From Squalus acanthias (taxonomy: Eukaryota), in contig CM059434.1 in assembly GCA_030390025.1 (NCBI GenBank), forward strand, positions 130,510,001 to 130,574,000: a stretch of 64,000 nt of DNA, in the 5' to 3' direction. How positions within the stretch are numbered: position 1 is the stretch's first letter; each line of letters opens with the position of its first letter. The position numbers and the translations under genes were made by a program. Under the pieces are notes generated by a model that worked only from the letters and a program-made list of their open reading frames with translations, did not search any database and was not told the DNA's origin. Shown here in pieces: positions 48,136 to 60,964 of the stretch.

Positions 48136-48294
48136 GCCCAGCTCCGTGCTTTTATTCCGGAGATGCTGAAGTACTCGACAGGGCGAGGGAAGCCTGGCTG
48201 GGGTAAGGAGAGCTGCCGGCCCGTGTGGTGGCCCGAGGACATTCCGTGGGCCAACGTTCGCAGCGATGTGCGCTCGGAGGAACAGAAACAGCGG
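48136..48294 (+). CDS. NRF1: NRF1 exon 6 (DNA-binding domain)
   Basis: AQLRAFIPEMLKYSTGRGKPGWGKESCRPVWWPEDIPWANVRSDVRSEEQKQR; 159 nt. Confidence 0.97.
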
Positions 48295-49614
48295 GTAAGC
48301 GGGTCTCTGCAGGCGCACTGAAGGGACCCAGTTATATTGGACAGTGGGGATTTCTGAACTGAATAACAGACTGCAGAGTGGGGATGAACAGCAGAAGTTT
48401 ACATCTCTGCAATCGCCAGCTTTTTTGCTGTTATTTTTCCGTTCGGTTGTGAATCATTGCAACCCATCCGCCACCTTTCAGGAGCGAACATTTGGTAACG
48501 AGGAGTAGCGACAGCTCCATGAAAATATTTTACGCAAGGCTCTTAATTCTATTACAGTTCTGCCCTAAAACTACAAAATAATTACGATATTCTAGAGTTT
48601 TCGCTTTCTTACGGGGGAGTCGGGGAGTGTTGTTTGCAGAACTTTGCCACAGGAGTTTTAATGGGTAGAATCCAAGGCAGATAACGTAGACTTCACATTG
48701 TCTGTGGGAGACGAGGGTTCAGTGGACTGAATAACCTTTTGGCATTCTCTGTGCTCATACTCTGAATTCCCTAAGAATAATGAGGATGGGGATTCGCAAT
48801 AACTCCTACCCACCCATCAAACACCCCGTACGCCTACCATGACACCGCTCAGATTGGGAATGTGAACTGTAAGATCACTATTGAGCCAGCGGCACTGCCA
48901 CAATTGGTTGTTGGTGTCAAGTTCCGGGCACACTTGCACGGAATGTCCCTTTTTGGTTGTTTTCAGCGTGGGCGCATTAATGCACGGCCATAACAGGGCC
49001 TCTGCTCAGGGGCCTCAGCCAAATATAGGGCCTCCACCTGGGGTAGGGAGCCCTGTCCAATATGCAGCCTCCCTGACAGACCCGGAGGAACTCGGCTTCC
49101 CCGCTCCTGATCCCATTGGAACAAGAATCCGTCTGGGAGTCTCCGTGGCAGAGTGCAGTCACCTAGCCTTCTCAGTTGGACACCAATACAAAAGCAAAAT
49201 ACTGCGGATGCTCAGTTGGAGTAGGTTTTAATGGATTGGCGGAGTGGGGTGCGAAGGGGCCCCAGATGTTTTTGGTGCCCAGGGTCCCCCAAGAATTCTT
49301 AATTCAGCTCTGGTTCTCGGCGCCTGTTACTCCTGCTTTTGGAGAGACTGTTGGGTTTGATTTTAATTCTGCATTATTATACTTTATTGAAGGAAGAAAA
49401 AAAATCCATCTGAAAAATGGCGAAGAATCTTAGCTGGGGCCTCTCCGATGACTGAGCGAGTTTATCCGCGAGTAGCAGAGCCAAACAGACGTGGAATGTG
49501 CCCAGTTTAATTCCTAATCTGCGTTGAATGAGTTGATCTCAGCCAGGACGGTGGGGTGGGGGACACTGCAGTTAGGCTCTACACCCACGGGTTAGTGAGG
49601 AGGGGGGGTCATTA

Positions 49615-50686
49615 AATATAACAGTCACTAATAAATCCAATAGGGAAGTCAGGAGAAACATCTTTATCCAGAGCGAGAAAGTATTTACAGCATAAAAACA
49701 GGCCATTCGGCCCAACAGGTTCATGAGCCTCCTCCACCCCTCTTCATCTAGCCCCATCAACATACCCTTCTATTCCTTTCTTCCCTCATGTGTTAATCTA
49801 GCTTCCCCTTGAATGAATCTATGCTATTCGCTTCAACTACTCTCAGTGGTAGCGAGTTCCACATTCTAACCACTCTCTGGGTAAAGAAGTTTTTCCTAAA
49901 TTCCCTATTGGATTTATTAGTGCCTATCTTATATTTATGGCCCCTAGTTCTGATCTCACCGGCAAGAGGAAACATCTTCTCTACGTCTACCCTATCAAAC
50001 ACTTTCATAATCTTGAAGACCTCTATCAGGTGACCCCTCAATCTTCTCTTTTTCTAGAGAAAAGAGCCCCAGCCTGTTCAATCTTTCCTGATAAGTATAA
50101 CCTCTCAGTTCTGGTATCATTCTAGTAAAAAAAAATTGCACCTTCTCCAGTGCCTCTATATCCTTTTTATAATATGAAGACTAAAACTGGTCAAAGTACT
50201 CCCAAGAGTGGTCTAACCAAGGTTCTATACAAGTTTAACATAACTTCTCTGCTTTTCAATTTGTCCCTCCAGAAATAAACCCCAGTGCTTTGTTTTTTTT
50301 TTATGGCCTTATTAACCTGCGTCACTACTTTTAGTGATCTGTGTATCTGTACCCCCAGATCCCTCTGTTCCTCTACCCCATTTAGACACTTATTTTTCAA
50401 GGAGTATATGGCCTCCCTATTCTTCCTACTAAAATATATTACCTTGCACTTAGCTATATTGAAGTTCATTTGCCAATTACACGTTAGAATGTGGAACTTG
50501 CTGCTACAAGTAGTAGTTGATGCAAATAGCATCAATGCATTTAAGGAGAATCTAGATAAAAACATGAGGGAGAAAGGAATAGATGGTTATGCTGATGGGA
50601 TTCGATGTAGAGGGGTGGGAGGAGCATAAATGCCGGCATAGACCAGTTGGGCCGAATGACCTGTTTCTGTGCTGTAAATTCTATGT
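49615..50686. mobile_element. CR1 fragments in both orientations (main piece ~49680-50481 on -, flanked by + pieces)
   Basis: ORFs 49793..50041 and 50191..50565; + strand tail resumes at ~50482. Confidence 0.75.
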
Positions 50687-50893
50687 AAATCAGTCTGCTC
50701 CTGGGTGCTCTCCTCGGGTACTGTCCCCCTCCCCTTCAAATCTGCACTGACTCCTGCTGCAAAGAGGGTATCTGGAAGCTGTGGTACTAGCCAAGGGTTA
50801 ATGCCTTTCTGCATGTGCGGAAGGACAAACGCAGCAAATTTGAGATGCGATATTTTACATGCCCATGTTTAAAGGTTGAATTTTCCCCCATAG

Positions 50894-51079
50894 GTTTCCT
50901 GGACACAGGCACTGAGGACAATTGTTAAGAACTGTTACAAGCAGCATGGCAGAGAGGATCTGCTGTATGCTTTTGAAGATCAGCAGACACAGCCGCAGAC
51001 ACACATCGCCCATCTCGTCCCCTCTCAGACAGTGGTACAGACAATCAGTAACCCCGATGGCACAGTCTCTCTTATACAG
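50894..51079 (+). CDS. NRF1: NRF1 exon 7
   Basis: VSWTQALRTIVKNCYKQHGREDLLYAFEDQQTQPQTHIAHLVPSQTVVQTISNPDGTVSLIQ; TAG/GTGAGT; 186 nt; not in the supplied ORF track. Confidence 0.96.
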
Positions 51080-51199
51080 GTGAGTTTAGAGTTTTCTGTT
51101 TCTACATACAGTATCGCATCTTTCTCTCATTAACTCCCCTCATGCCTTCTCCGAGCTCATCTTGTCTATGAGTCCCACCTGCTACTCTCTCAAATGCTA

Positions 51200-52043
51200 T
51201 TCCCACTAAATTGCTGACCACCCAACTTCCTGACCCCCTTGCTAGTTGATACTGTAAACGGTTCCCTCTCCTCGGGTACTGTTCCCTCTCCCTGGCCACT
51301 GTCTCTGGCTGAACCAGACTGTTCGCAGCCTTTTCATCTTATTTGACCCTGAGCTGAGCTTCTGACCCCCATATCCTCTCCATCACAAAAACCACCGACT
51401 TCCACCTCTGTAATATCGCCCGTCTCTGCCCCTGCCTCAGCTCATCTGCTGCTAAAACCTTCATCCGTGCTTTTGTTACCTCCAGACTTGGTTATTCCGT
51501 TGCTCTCGTCGCTGGCATCCCATCTTCCATCCTCCAGCAACTTGAGCTCTTCTAAAGCTCTGCTGCCCATACCCTAACTTGCACCAAGTCCCGTTCACCC
51601 ATCACCCCTGTGCTCACTGACCTACATTGGCTCCCGGTCCGGCAATGCCTCAATTTTAAAATTCTCATCCTTGTGTTTAAATTCCTCTAGCCTCACCCCT
51701 ACCTATCTCTGTAACCTCCTCCAGCCCCACAACTCTACGAGAACTCTGCGCTCCTCCAACTCTACCCTCTTGTGCATCCCCACTACCTTCACCCCACCAT
51801 TGGCGGCCGTGCCTTCAGCCGTCTAAGCCCTAAGATCTGAAATTCCCTCTCTTAAAACCCTTACGCCTCTCTCTCCTTCTTAAAGAAGCTCCTTAAACCT
51901 ACCTCTTTGACCAAGCTTTTAATACCATTGTCCTAGTATCTCCTTCTTTGGCTCGGTGTCAATTTTTATCTGATAATGCTCCTGTGACGTGCCTTGGGGC
52001 GTTTTACTACGTTAAAGGTGCTATATTAATGCCCGTTGTTGTA
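51200..52043 (+). mobile_element. L2 LINE fragments
   Basis: Homologous to 17745-18565 (CTGAACCAGACTGTTC..., GACCTACATTGGCTCCCGG). Confidence 0.75.
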
Positions 52044-52383
52044 TCTCAAAATCCACTTGTATTTTAGCCAACGATGGTTGACCAATGTTGGAGCAGCAAT
52101 TGAGGGCTGCAGGTTTGTGTCGGCAGTTGATGCACTCTGAATCATCCCTTGTGGTTGTGGTTTGCTTTGAGCTAGCTGTAAGTGTGCGACTGGTACTTCC
52201 AGGGAAAACCTTTTGCTTAAACACGCCAACATTGTTTTGCTTATTACTTTTCTGCCCAGTTCTCCTGATGGCACTGACTTTTGGGGTGCAGATCTACCGC
52301 CTGTGGTACCTTACCCAAGTAGCCATTCCTCATGTGTGTCCCATTCCCCGAGTGTCGACATGCATTATTTGACCATCATGTGT

Positions 52384-52388
52384 CGGCC

Positions 52389-52430
<42 letters not shown>

Positions 52431-52771
52431 GTGGGTTCAAACCCCACTCCAGAGACTTGAGCACATAATCCAGGCTGCGTTTCATTGCAGTACTGAGGGA
52501 GTACTGCCCTGTCAGGCAACGGAAAAGATCCCACCGCATAATTCGAAGAAGAGTTCTCTCGGTATCTTGGCCAATATTTATCTGTCAACCAACATCTAAA
52601 AGGGATGGGCTGGTCATTTATTTCTTGCTGTTTGTGGGAGCTTGCAAATTAGGTGCCACGTTTCTTACGTTATAACAGTGACTGCACTTCAAAAAGTACT
52701 TCGTTGGCTGTAAAGCGCTTTGGGATGTCCTGAGGCAGTGAAAGGCGCTATATAAATGCAAGTCTTTTTTT
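52384..52771 (+). mobile_element. Deu-type SINE
   Basis: Head GGCCGTGGCTCAGTGGGTAGCACTC; tail AAAGGCGCTATATAAATGCAAGTC. Confidence 0.78.
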
Positions 52772-53162
52772 TAATAGAGGGCATCACATTTGACCCTGAT
52801 CTTGCCCTTGCCTGGCATCCACTCGCACTCCTTTCCAGTGGGGGGGGGCAGGGAGGGTTTTGTAGAAATTGATCATGAGCTGGGACTAGGGCTAATTTTT
52901 TTATTTACGCCCCCCACCCCCAGTAGAGACACTGAGGCTAATTAAAGGGCCCCCCCCCAGCTCAGACCGGAGATGGGAACTAAGACCCTCCTGATCTGTG
53001 TAGCTTTGCACCAGAGCATTCTCTAAAGCATCGGGCGGAGCTGCGACGCTGATTTATCTTGATTTGAAACAGAGGACAATCTTTGGGGTGGAGGGGGTGG
53101 GAAATGAAGGCACCCTGCTGCGGATTAAAGCGCTGTTCTTTCTTGTCTGCCCTTGTTTGCAG

Positions 53163-53264
53163 GTTGGCACGGGCGCAACAGTTGCAACTCTGGCAGATGC
53201 CTCTGAACTCCCGGGAACAGTAACTGTTGCTCAGGTGAATTACTCCACTGTGCAGGATGGAGAG
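53163..53264 (+). CDS. NRF1: NRF1 exon 8
   Basis: VGTGATVATLADASELPGTVTVAQVNYSTVQDGE; 102 nt. Confidence 0.96.
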
Positions 53265-53413
53265 GTGAGGGCAGCAATCGCGCGCGCACTCACTGGAGGG
53301 TGGGGGTGGCGTTCTATCCCAACCCCCACTGAGCACGACCCACCACTGGCATCCAGTCACCACATTAGGTAGCTGAAGGGAGGGGTTGTAGAGCAGGAAG
53401 GGTGGGGCGGGCG

Positions 53414-54110
53414 CATAGGAAGAGGAGGAGGCCATTCAGCCCCTTGAGCCTGTTCCGCCATCCAGTGAGATCATGGCTGATCTCTACCTCAACTCCACTT
53501 ACCTGCCTTTGATCCATATCCCTTAATACCTTTACCTAACGAAACAATAGATCTCTCAGCCTTTTGGGAGATCGATTTCCAGATTTCCACTATCTCTTTT
53601 GTGGAAAAAATTCTTCCTGATTTTGCTCCTGAATGGCCTATCTCTCAATTTTTAAGATTATGCCCTCTTGTTCTGGATTCCCCCACCAGAGGAAATAGTT
53701 TCTCATTATCTACCCTAACGAATCTCTCTACCATTTTAAATGCCTCGATTAGATCATCTCTCGACCTTCTAAACTCAAGGGAATATAAACCAAGTTTATG
53801 CAACCTAGCTTCATAATTTAACCCTTTAAGCCCTGGTATCATTGTAGTGAATCTGCACTGCACCCACTCCAAGGCCAATGTATCTTTCCTGAGTTGTGAT
53901 GCCCAAACTGAACATAGATAGGGTCGGACCAAGGCTCTCTACAACTGAAGCATTACTTCCTCCCCTTTGTATTCCAGCCCTCTTGAGATAAAGGTCAACA
54001 TCCCATTAGACTTTTGATTACTTTTTGTACCTGTGCACTAGCTTTTAGGGATTTGTGTACATGGACACCTAAATCCCTTTGCTCCTCCACAGCTCCAAGT
54101 CTCTCACCAC
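53414..54110 (-). mobile_element. CR1 3' fragment
   Basis: ORF 53645..53932. Confidence 0.8.
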
Positions 54111-54463
54111 GGAGAGGAAACAGTAGGTTAAAATATCTTTTTATAGGAAAAGCCCAAATTCTTTAAAAAAAAATAATTTTTTAGAGTATCAGAATAGATT
54201 AAAATGTACCAATATTACACCAGTTTTCTTGATCTGTACATTTAAAAGTTTATTTTCCCAAGAATCTTATTCTTGATCAATGTGTGGTAGTCGATAATGG
54301 GTTAATCGCATCTTGTTTCATTGGTGTTGTCTAAAGACGCATTGCATTGTTTCCTTGTCGTGCTGCCTGTGCATCACTCCGTCTGTATATGACTTGATCT
54401 GTGTATTGGAAGGTTCGCTTATTGGACGGTCTGTGTATCGCTTATTCTGTGCATCACTTGATG

Positions 54464-54624
54464 CTTGTATTGGGCGGTCCGTGTGTCGCTCTGTCTTGTA
54501 TTGGGCGGTCCGTGTGTCGCTCTGTCTTGTATTGGGCGGTCCGTGTGTCGCTCTGTCTTGTATTGGGCGGTCCGTGTGTCGCTCTGTCTTGTATTGGGCG
54601 GTCCGTGTGTCGCTCTGTCTTGTA
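54464..54624. repeat. 31-bp minisatellite, 5 perfect copies
   Basis: (CTTGTATTGGGCGGTCCGTGTGTCGCTCTGT)x5 plus a partial unit. Confidence 0.95.
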
Positions 54625-55404
54625 CTGGGTGCTCCATGTTGCTATCTCCTACTTCACATCACCCTCTATGGAAATTTAGTAAGAAATCATTTTTACAGTC
54701 CGTGATATCTCTCATTGCTACACCAGCTTTCACAAGCCTTATTAGAGCAGTGGAACCCCAACCTGGTGAATACTGTGGAGTGATCTAGCCCTTGGCACAA
54801 CAGTTTTCAACTCTTGCACACTCACACCACGCCCACTAGTTTGCACTGAGATTGAAAAGGTGGAAGAGCCGACACGGTAAATCAACAAGTGATGCTTAGA
54901 TGCTGACACCAGGCTGTAGGAAGTGGTTGGGTGAAGCCCGCAGATAGTAGGTGAAAAGAAGACTGATTAAAGTAAGGAGTTCTGCAGCTGTGAGGCAATA
55001 CAATAAGTCTTGACTACAACACGGGAGGATACCAGTAGCATGCATGTTTGGAGCACGGATAATTCAGAGAAATGGAGACAAGAAAGGATGCGACAGAGAG
55101 AAAGCGACCTTGGAGGCCTATCAAAGACAACAAGCTTTTCTTCTACCCTATCCAGTAGAGTGAGAGAGGAGCTAATAGAACCTTCCCCTGTATAGGAGCA
55201 GGATTCGGGTCAGAAAAATTAGGGCTGCTCACACTCGTGGTGCTGTGCTGAATCTTGTGATGCATTACCCAGCCACTCATTTGCCTAGACTCCCTGCCTG
55301 TGGAAAATGCACACTGGGAGGCAGGACTGTAAGAAATAGGTTAGGGCAGTGTTGTATAGGCACTTAAAATACATTTTGAAACTTTATTTCCTTCCTTGTT
55401 TGGT

Positions 55405-55832
55405 TTCTGCTGCCCGTATCCCGACTCACACCAAGTCTCGTTCACCCATCACCCCTGTGCTTGCTGACCTGCATTGGCTCCCGGTCCGCCAACGGCTCGA
55501 TTTCAAAATTCTCATCCTTGTTTTCAAATCCCTCCGTGGCCTCGCCCCTCCCTATCTCTGTAACCTCCTCCAGCCCTACAACCCTCCGAGATCTCTGCAC
55601 TCCTCCACCTTTGGTGGCCGTGCCTTCAGCTGCCTAGGTCCTAAGCTCTGGAATTCCCTCCCTAAATCTCTACCTCTCCCCTTCTCCTTCAAACCTACCT
55701 CTTTGACCAAGCTTTTGGCCACCAATCCGAATATGTGGCTCGGTATTAAATTTTGTTAATTGTACTTGTGATGTGCCTTGGGATCTTTTACTCTGTTAAT
55801 GATACAATTGGTGTTATTAATAAATACAAGTT
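55405..55832 (+). mobile_element. L2 3' fragment
   Basis: ITPVLADLHWLPVRQRLDFKIL...GGRAFSCLGPKLWNSLP. Confidence 0.8.
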
Positions 55833-55984
55833 GAATGCTGTTTGATAGGGTGAAGGTTATATGTGTGAGTAACAGATTGAGCCATGTGAAATCAGTCATG
55901 CGAGGCCCAGTTGGTTGCACGAGGCCTTGCAAATTCTGAGTGAATATGCACGGTATTTAAGTTGAGAAGAGGCTATTTCTTAGA

Positions 55985-56208
55985 AATAACAACAGAAAAC
56001 GCTGGAAAAACTCAGCAGGCCAGGCAGCATCCGTGGAGAGAGAAACAGAGTTAACGTTTCAGGTCGTAGACCTTTCGTCTGACGAAAGGTCATCGACCTG
56101 AAACGTTAACTCTGTTTCTCTCTCCACGGATGCTGCCTGGCCTGCTGAGTTTATCCAGCGTTTTCTGTTGTTATTTCGGATTTCCAGCATCTGCAGTATT
56201 TTGCTATC
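55985..56208 (+). mobile_element. Penelope-like family-B fold-back insertion (97-bp near-perfect palindrome)
   Basis: Arms 55983-56079 / 56081-56177, 31-nt tail, 14-bp duplication GGCTATTTCTTAGA. Confidence 0.85.
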
Positions 56209-57203
56209 GGCTATTTCTTAGAGTTGGGCTGTTTATTTTTACTGTATTCTGAGGTTACCTGTACAACAATCTCCTGAGCAGCTGTTACAATCTCCTTAAA
56301 TAACAGAAAAGCTTTATTAATTTTTCCCGCCTTTTTTGCGCCCGTCTTCACCTCTCCTGACGGTGTTGGGTCCTCGATGGGGGAGCCGTTCCACATCCCT
56401 CGGTATATCAGCCAAATGGTCAGCATTCATGCGTGAACCCAGCACTGAGTGTCGGCAAGTTGACATGAATGTCACCACTGTTGGGCCCAATTTTCTTGAG
56501 CCGGCAGGGTTCATTGGACAGTGATCGGAGGTGGAAATCCTGGCTACCCCACCCCCCAACCACTCAATCCAATTGCTGAAGCCAATTGTAGCATCGCAGC
56601 TGTGAGCGGATGATTCGGCAAAGACCATGGATGAACCGTGGGACCTTGCTGATCTTCACGGTCCTACTATGTCTGCTGTAACCAGCTGAGTCACCAGGGG
56701 AACCCAGAAATATCTTCTGGTAATGTTTAACCTTTGAAAGCTCAATAGAAATTGGCATTAGATTAACTTAAAGAGGAAGGGAAGTCTAGGGTCGAGTTTT
56801 TATTTTTGTTTAACAGTCCTCCCGATCTTAAAAAAAAAAGTTAATTTTCTACCCTGTCATTTCCCTCCAAAGTCACTCGACTGGTATTGATGGAGAGGAG
56901 GTGTCTGTATCCTCGAGCTGCCCTGTTCATTTTAACTGGGGCTTGACAGGTCTGAAAGCTGGTATGGATCTGCTTGACTGCAGGGGGAAAAAACCCTTCT
57001 CCCAACTGGCTGTGACTTTGTTGGAGCAGGAGATTAGAATTTTTCTTTAATTATTTTTTGTACTTTTTTTTAAGTCCCGAGCAATACGTGCATTTTTCCC
57101 CCCTCTTTCTCCCCCCCCCCCCCCCCCCCCCCCCAGACTTTCCTTCCATTCTTCATATTTTGTTTGCTTCTGTCTCAGTAACGCCTGCACTTTCTTCACA
57201 CAG

Positions 57204-57361
57204 GTCGAACAGAACTGGGCCACGTTGCAAAGTGGGGAAATGGCGATCCAGACGACCCAGGCCTCCGAAGCCACCCAGGCCGTGGCCTCTCTGGCAGAGG
57301 CCGCAGTGGCCGCGTCCCAGGAGATGCAGCAAGGGGCCACCGTTACCATGGCACTGAACAG
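57204..57361 (+). CDS. NRF1: NRF1 exon 9 (last coding exon seen; the gene continues beyond the window)
   Basis: VEQNWATLQSGEMAIQTTQASEATQAVASLAEAAVAASQEMQQGATVTMALN; 158 nt, ends in phase 2 with donor GTGGGT. Confidence 0.96.
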
Positions 57362-58641
57362 GTGGGTGTCGGCTAGCGGTGCTCTGGAGGAATGTTGCAT
57401 GAAGTTCTCATCTGACTCTCGTTAAAAACAGGGAAATATCCTAGACCCCCCTGCCCACCATAGGTGGACCTTGGGTTTAAATTTAATTTTCAAGTTCATT
57501 ATTGTTTTAAAATAAAATCTAATCTTTGGAGCTCGCAGCTGAAAGCGGTCCTTTTATTGATGCCCCTCGTTCGTGTTTAGCTGTTTACATTTTTGTCGAT
57601 TAGCTGGATGTAGATCATTCTGTTCCACTGTTCTCTTTCTTTGACACACACATTGCCAGGCCGTTCAGTTCCACACACGGAGTCGCTGGTCTCTGCTGAT
57701 CTGGGGGGGGGTTGACGGGGATGGTGAGCAAATTTTAAGGGGGGGTGGCGGGGATAGAAATCGCAAGGCGAGTGAGCATTCCCCCTCAGACGCTCTCTGC
57801 CACCTCAGAGTCTACTAAGCAGTTTTGGCCAAGGCCTGAGAAACGGTCAGCTTCCCAATCCGACCCCATGGCTGGGGTATGTCACGTGGTGTTACAGGGA
57901 GGATAATTGTGCCTAACGGAGGGGAGAAAATAACTGGCGGGGTGGTGACTGGGGGAGAGACAAGCTTACAAACTAATTTGTGGGCTGAGAGCAATCGCTC
58001 GACGAGTTTATTCAGAGTAGCTTGGGCCAGGAAGGTTGAAGGTTTGACCCCTGAGTTAGTTGATCTCATCTTGGGGAAGCAGCGCGATGGTGAGGGACCT
58101 GGAGTTGGCTTTCAGCCCTGAGCTGGAGAAGGGAAAAATCAGCCAGGGCTCTTGATCCTTTTCGAGCAACTCCCCCCCCCCCCCACACTGGACAGTGCGT
58201 GTGCTGTGGGCAGGATCAGTTCTGATGATGAATGCCTGAAACGTTAACTAGTCTGTTCCCTTTAGAGATACTGACTGACCTGCTGTGTGTTTCCACCATT
58301 TTCTGTTTGTGACTCACAATCTGGGTATTTGATTGGTCGCCATGGGTCCCAGCACAGTGCTTTGGGACCCCTCTGGCATAAGTTTCTGGTTTTTCTTGCC
58401 TTCCCAATTTTCTCCACCCGGAAGGTATTGAGCCCTTGCAAGGCTGAGGATCCATGGGGTACTCTCTGGTACCTCAACCAAGTAGGCGATCTTCCATGTG
58501 TGAGCCTCCACAGTGATTGCAGAGGAGGGTGGGAGGGTCACAACCAAATTCGATCATCTGACATCCCTCCTTGTGTCTGTTCCAGTTGGGATACTGGGTA
58601 AGGATCATGGGTGAGGTACCATGATCTGTGTTCTGTTCCTC

Positions 58642-58945
58642 AGCCGTGGTTCATTGGCAGCACTTCCTTCGCCTCTGAGTCAAAAGATCATAGGATCAAG
58701 TCCCAGTTCAGAGCACATAATCTAGGCTGACACTCCAGTGCAGTGCTGAGGGAGTGCTGCACTGTTGGAGGTGCCGTCTTTCGGGTGAGACGTTAATCCG
58801 AGGCCCCATCTGCTCTCTCAGGTGGACATAAAAGATCCCAGGGCACTATTTGAAACTTACAAATTGACTGCCTCATTACTACATTACAACAGTGACTGCA
58901 TTTCAAAAGTACTTTGTTGTCTGTAAAGCGCTTTGGGACATCCTG
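58642..58945 (+). mobile_element. Deu-type SINE with an internal deletion
   Basis: Same head and core as the other copies. Confidence 0.65.
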
Positions 58946-59628
58946 CAAGTAATTTTCCCCGTAATTTTTTTTGGGTGCACAGCCCATTCATAGTTTCATG
59001 CATGCACGAACTTTAACCTTGCAAAAAGCCAGTCCCGGGCTGCGCGGGACCGTCAAGAGAGGTGCGCGGCTTATAGGGAGCGTTGACTGCAAGTTCGTTC
59101 TTTCTTTTAACTGTACCTCTTACTGCTGCCTGGCTGCATTACCTAACTCCGCACAGACCACGGGCTGAATCTTAGACCTCCGGGGTCTACATGACTGCAC
59201 TGCTCACTGGATAAATTCGCTGATCCATGGGGGGGAGCGGGAGCCTGGCGTCCATCAGGGGGGAGCCCAGCATATGTTTCTGTTGGAATTTGATCATAAA
59301 GCAGAGTTTTAAACCTATGAACTGCTGGTGAGCCAGTTGTTTGTGGAGGGGCCACAACATGTTATTCACGCGACTTGTGTTGTTCAAAGCTCATTACTTG
59401 AAACAACACCAGCTGAGTGTGTGTTTTCAGGAACTGGTAACTGAGGCATGAGTAAAGCAGAGCGGTTGGGGGGGGCGGGGGAGGAGGGTGCATCAGCACA
59501 CTGTGGATTCTTACTCTATCTTTGTGATCAGGTGTACAAAGTATACAGTGGGCCCTTCTCTGATTGTTGATTCTAAACCCAAAGAAGTGAGTGGGATGTC
59601 TCAGTTTTTAAGTTATAGGCAAAGATAA

Positions 59629-60372
59629 TGGCCCAGAAATTGATCTCGCTCTGTTCCCGCGGGGGTAAGGAGGAGGCGCGATCTCTCACTCCGCGTTGGC
59701 TTTTTCAGATCCAGCTCGCACGAACTTGATGTTCCGGACATCAGCTGGGCAGTGCTTGCGTATCCCACCGGCGTAGTGAATTCGTGCGAGCTGTGGGATC
59801 ACGTGACTCAGTTAGAGCCAATGGCAGCACACCATCTTCCATTCATAAGTTTCACATACGTGCTGTGAAAGCTATGAATCTTACACCCCCCCAAAATAAC
59901 AGCTAAACCTCAATTAAATTTTTTTTTAAAACCATCACATTAATAAAATAAGTAGTTAAATAAATTAACCATTTTAAATAAAAAATAAAATTTTTGAAAA
60001 AATTTAAAATCTTTTAAAAAGTTATAAAAATAAACTTACCTGTCTTTAAAGTCTCTAAAAAAGATATACCTGTTAAAAAAAATTCAAAATAATACTTAAT
60101 TCACTACTTACCTTGTTAAAAGTGGGTCTTACTCCTCCTTTTTCCATTTCTAAAATCTTCCGTACTTACCTGCGCGTCCAAAGCACTAAGTGCACAGCGT
60201 GCGCGCAGCCTGTAGCGCGCACGCGGTGCACCGAGGAACCGCCCCCTTTTCCAAAGACCAAGTGCCGGTTTTCAGCGCATGCGCAGTGCATGCAGAAAAC
60301 CGGCAATTGGAGAGAGAATACACGAGAGTACGCAGTGTGTACTCTCGCGCAGCGGGATCAATTTTTGGCCCA
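59629..60372. mobile_element. Harbinger-like MITE
   Basis: TIRs GGCCCAGAAATTGATCTCGCT / AGCGGGATCAATTTTTGGCCC (18 of 21 match), TAA/TAG flanks, CpG-rich ends, AT-rich core. Confidence 0.7.
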
Positions 60373-60964
60373 TAGACTGAGATGCTCAAAACTGGACAAA
60401 TGGGCTCGTGTGCTGCTGGGGAGATGTTACCCGTGGAGGTTAAATAGTGGAGATGTGAGGCTGGATGAATGTGCTACAACTTTGCTCGATTACCTTTGAT
60501 GATCAGAGCGTATTTATGCAGAATTTCTTTCCCGCCCAAGGGAATTAAACCGTTTGGGTAGAGTCCATGGACAGGTGGATTGTACACGGTGGTTGAAAGA
60601 AGTGAGCTTAATGTGCGGAATGGCCTTTTCTCATTCTCTGTTGTCTTCTGCATCCAAGCACCAATTGCCATGTTAATGTCGGGATGGGATGAGTCAAGGG
60701 CATAGGAGTCAAAAATTGGACAAGAAAATGAGTGTTCTCGCTGCAAGTAGAAATTTCCCAATTGTCATTAAGACAGCCCTGACCTGCTGAGAGAGTGCAG
60801 TGGTGGGGACCCTCTTTGAACACTTTGTGGGGGGTAGAGATGGTCTTCCATCTTTAGAATGCAGGAACAAGTTGTGTCCTGTTTTTTTTTAAAAAAACTA
60901 TCCCTCTTTTTCTTTTCTTTTTTTTCTGCCAGTTCTCTACTCACCCCCACCCCACCCAAAAGGC

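Noticed and set aside
48995-49055. Possible tiny hAT-like MITE (CAGGGC...GCCCTG)
   Set aside because: Termini too short and no convincing target duplication
54313-54788. Cys-rich repetitive ORFs
   Set aside because: Translations of the 31-bp minisatellite
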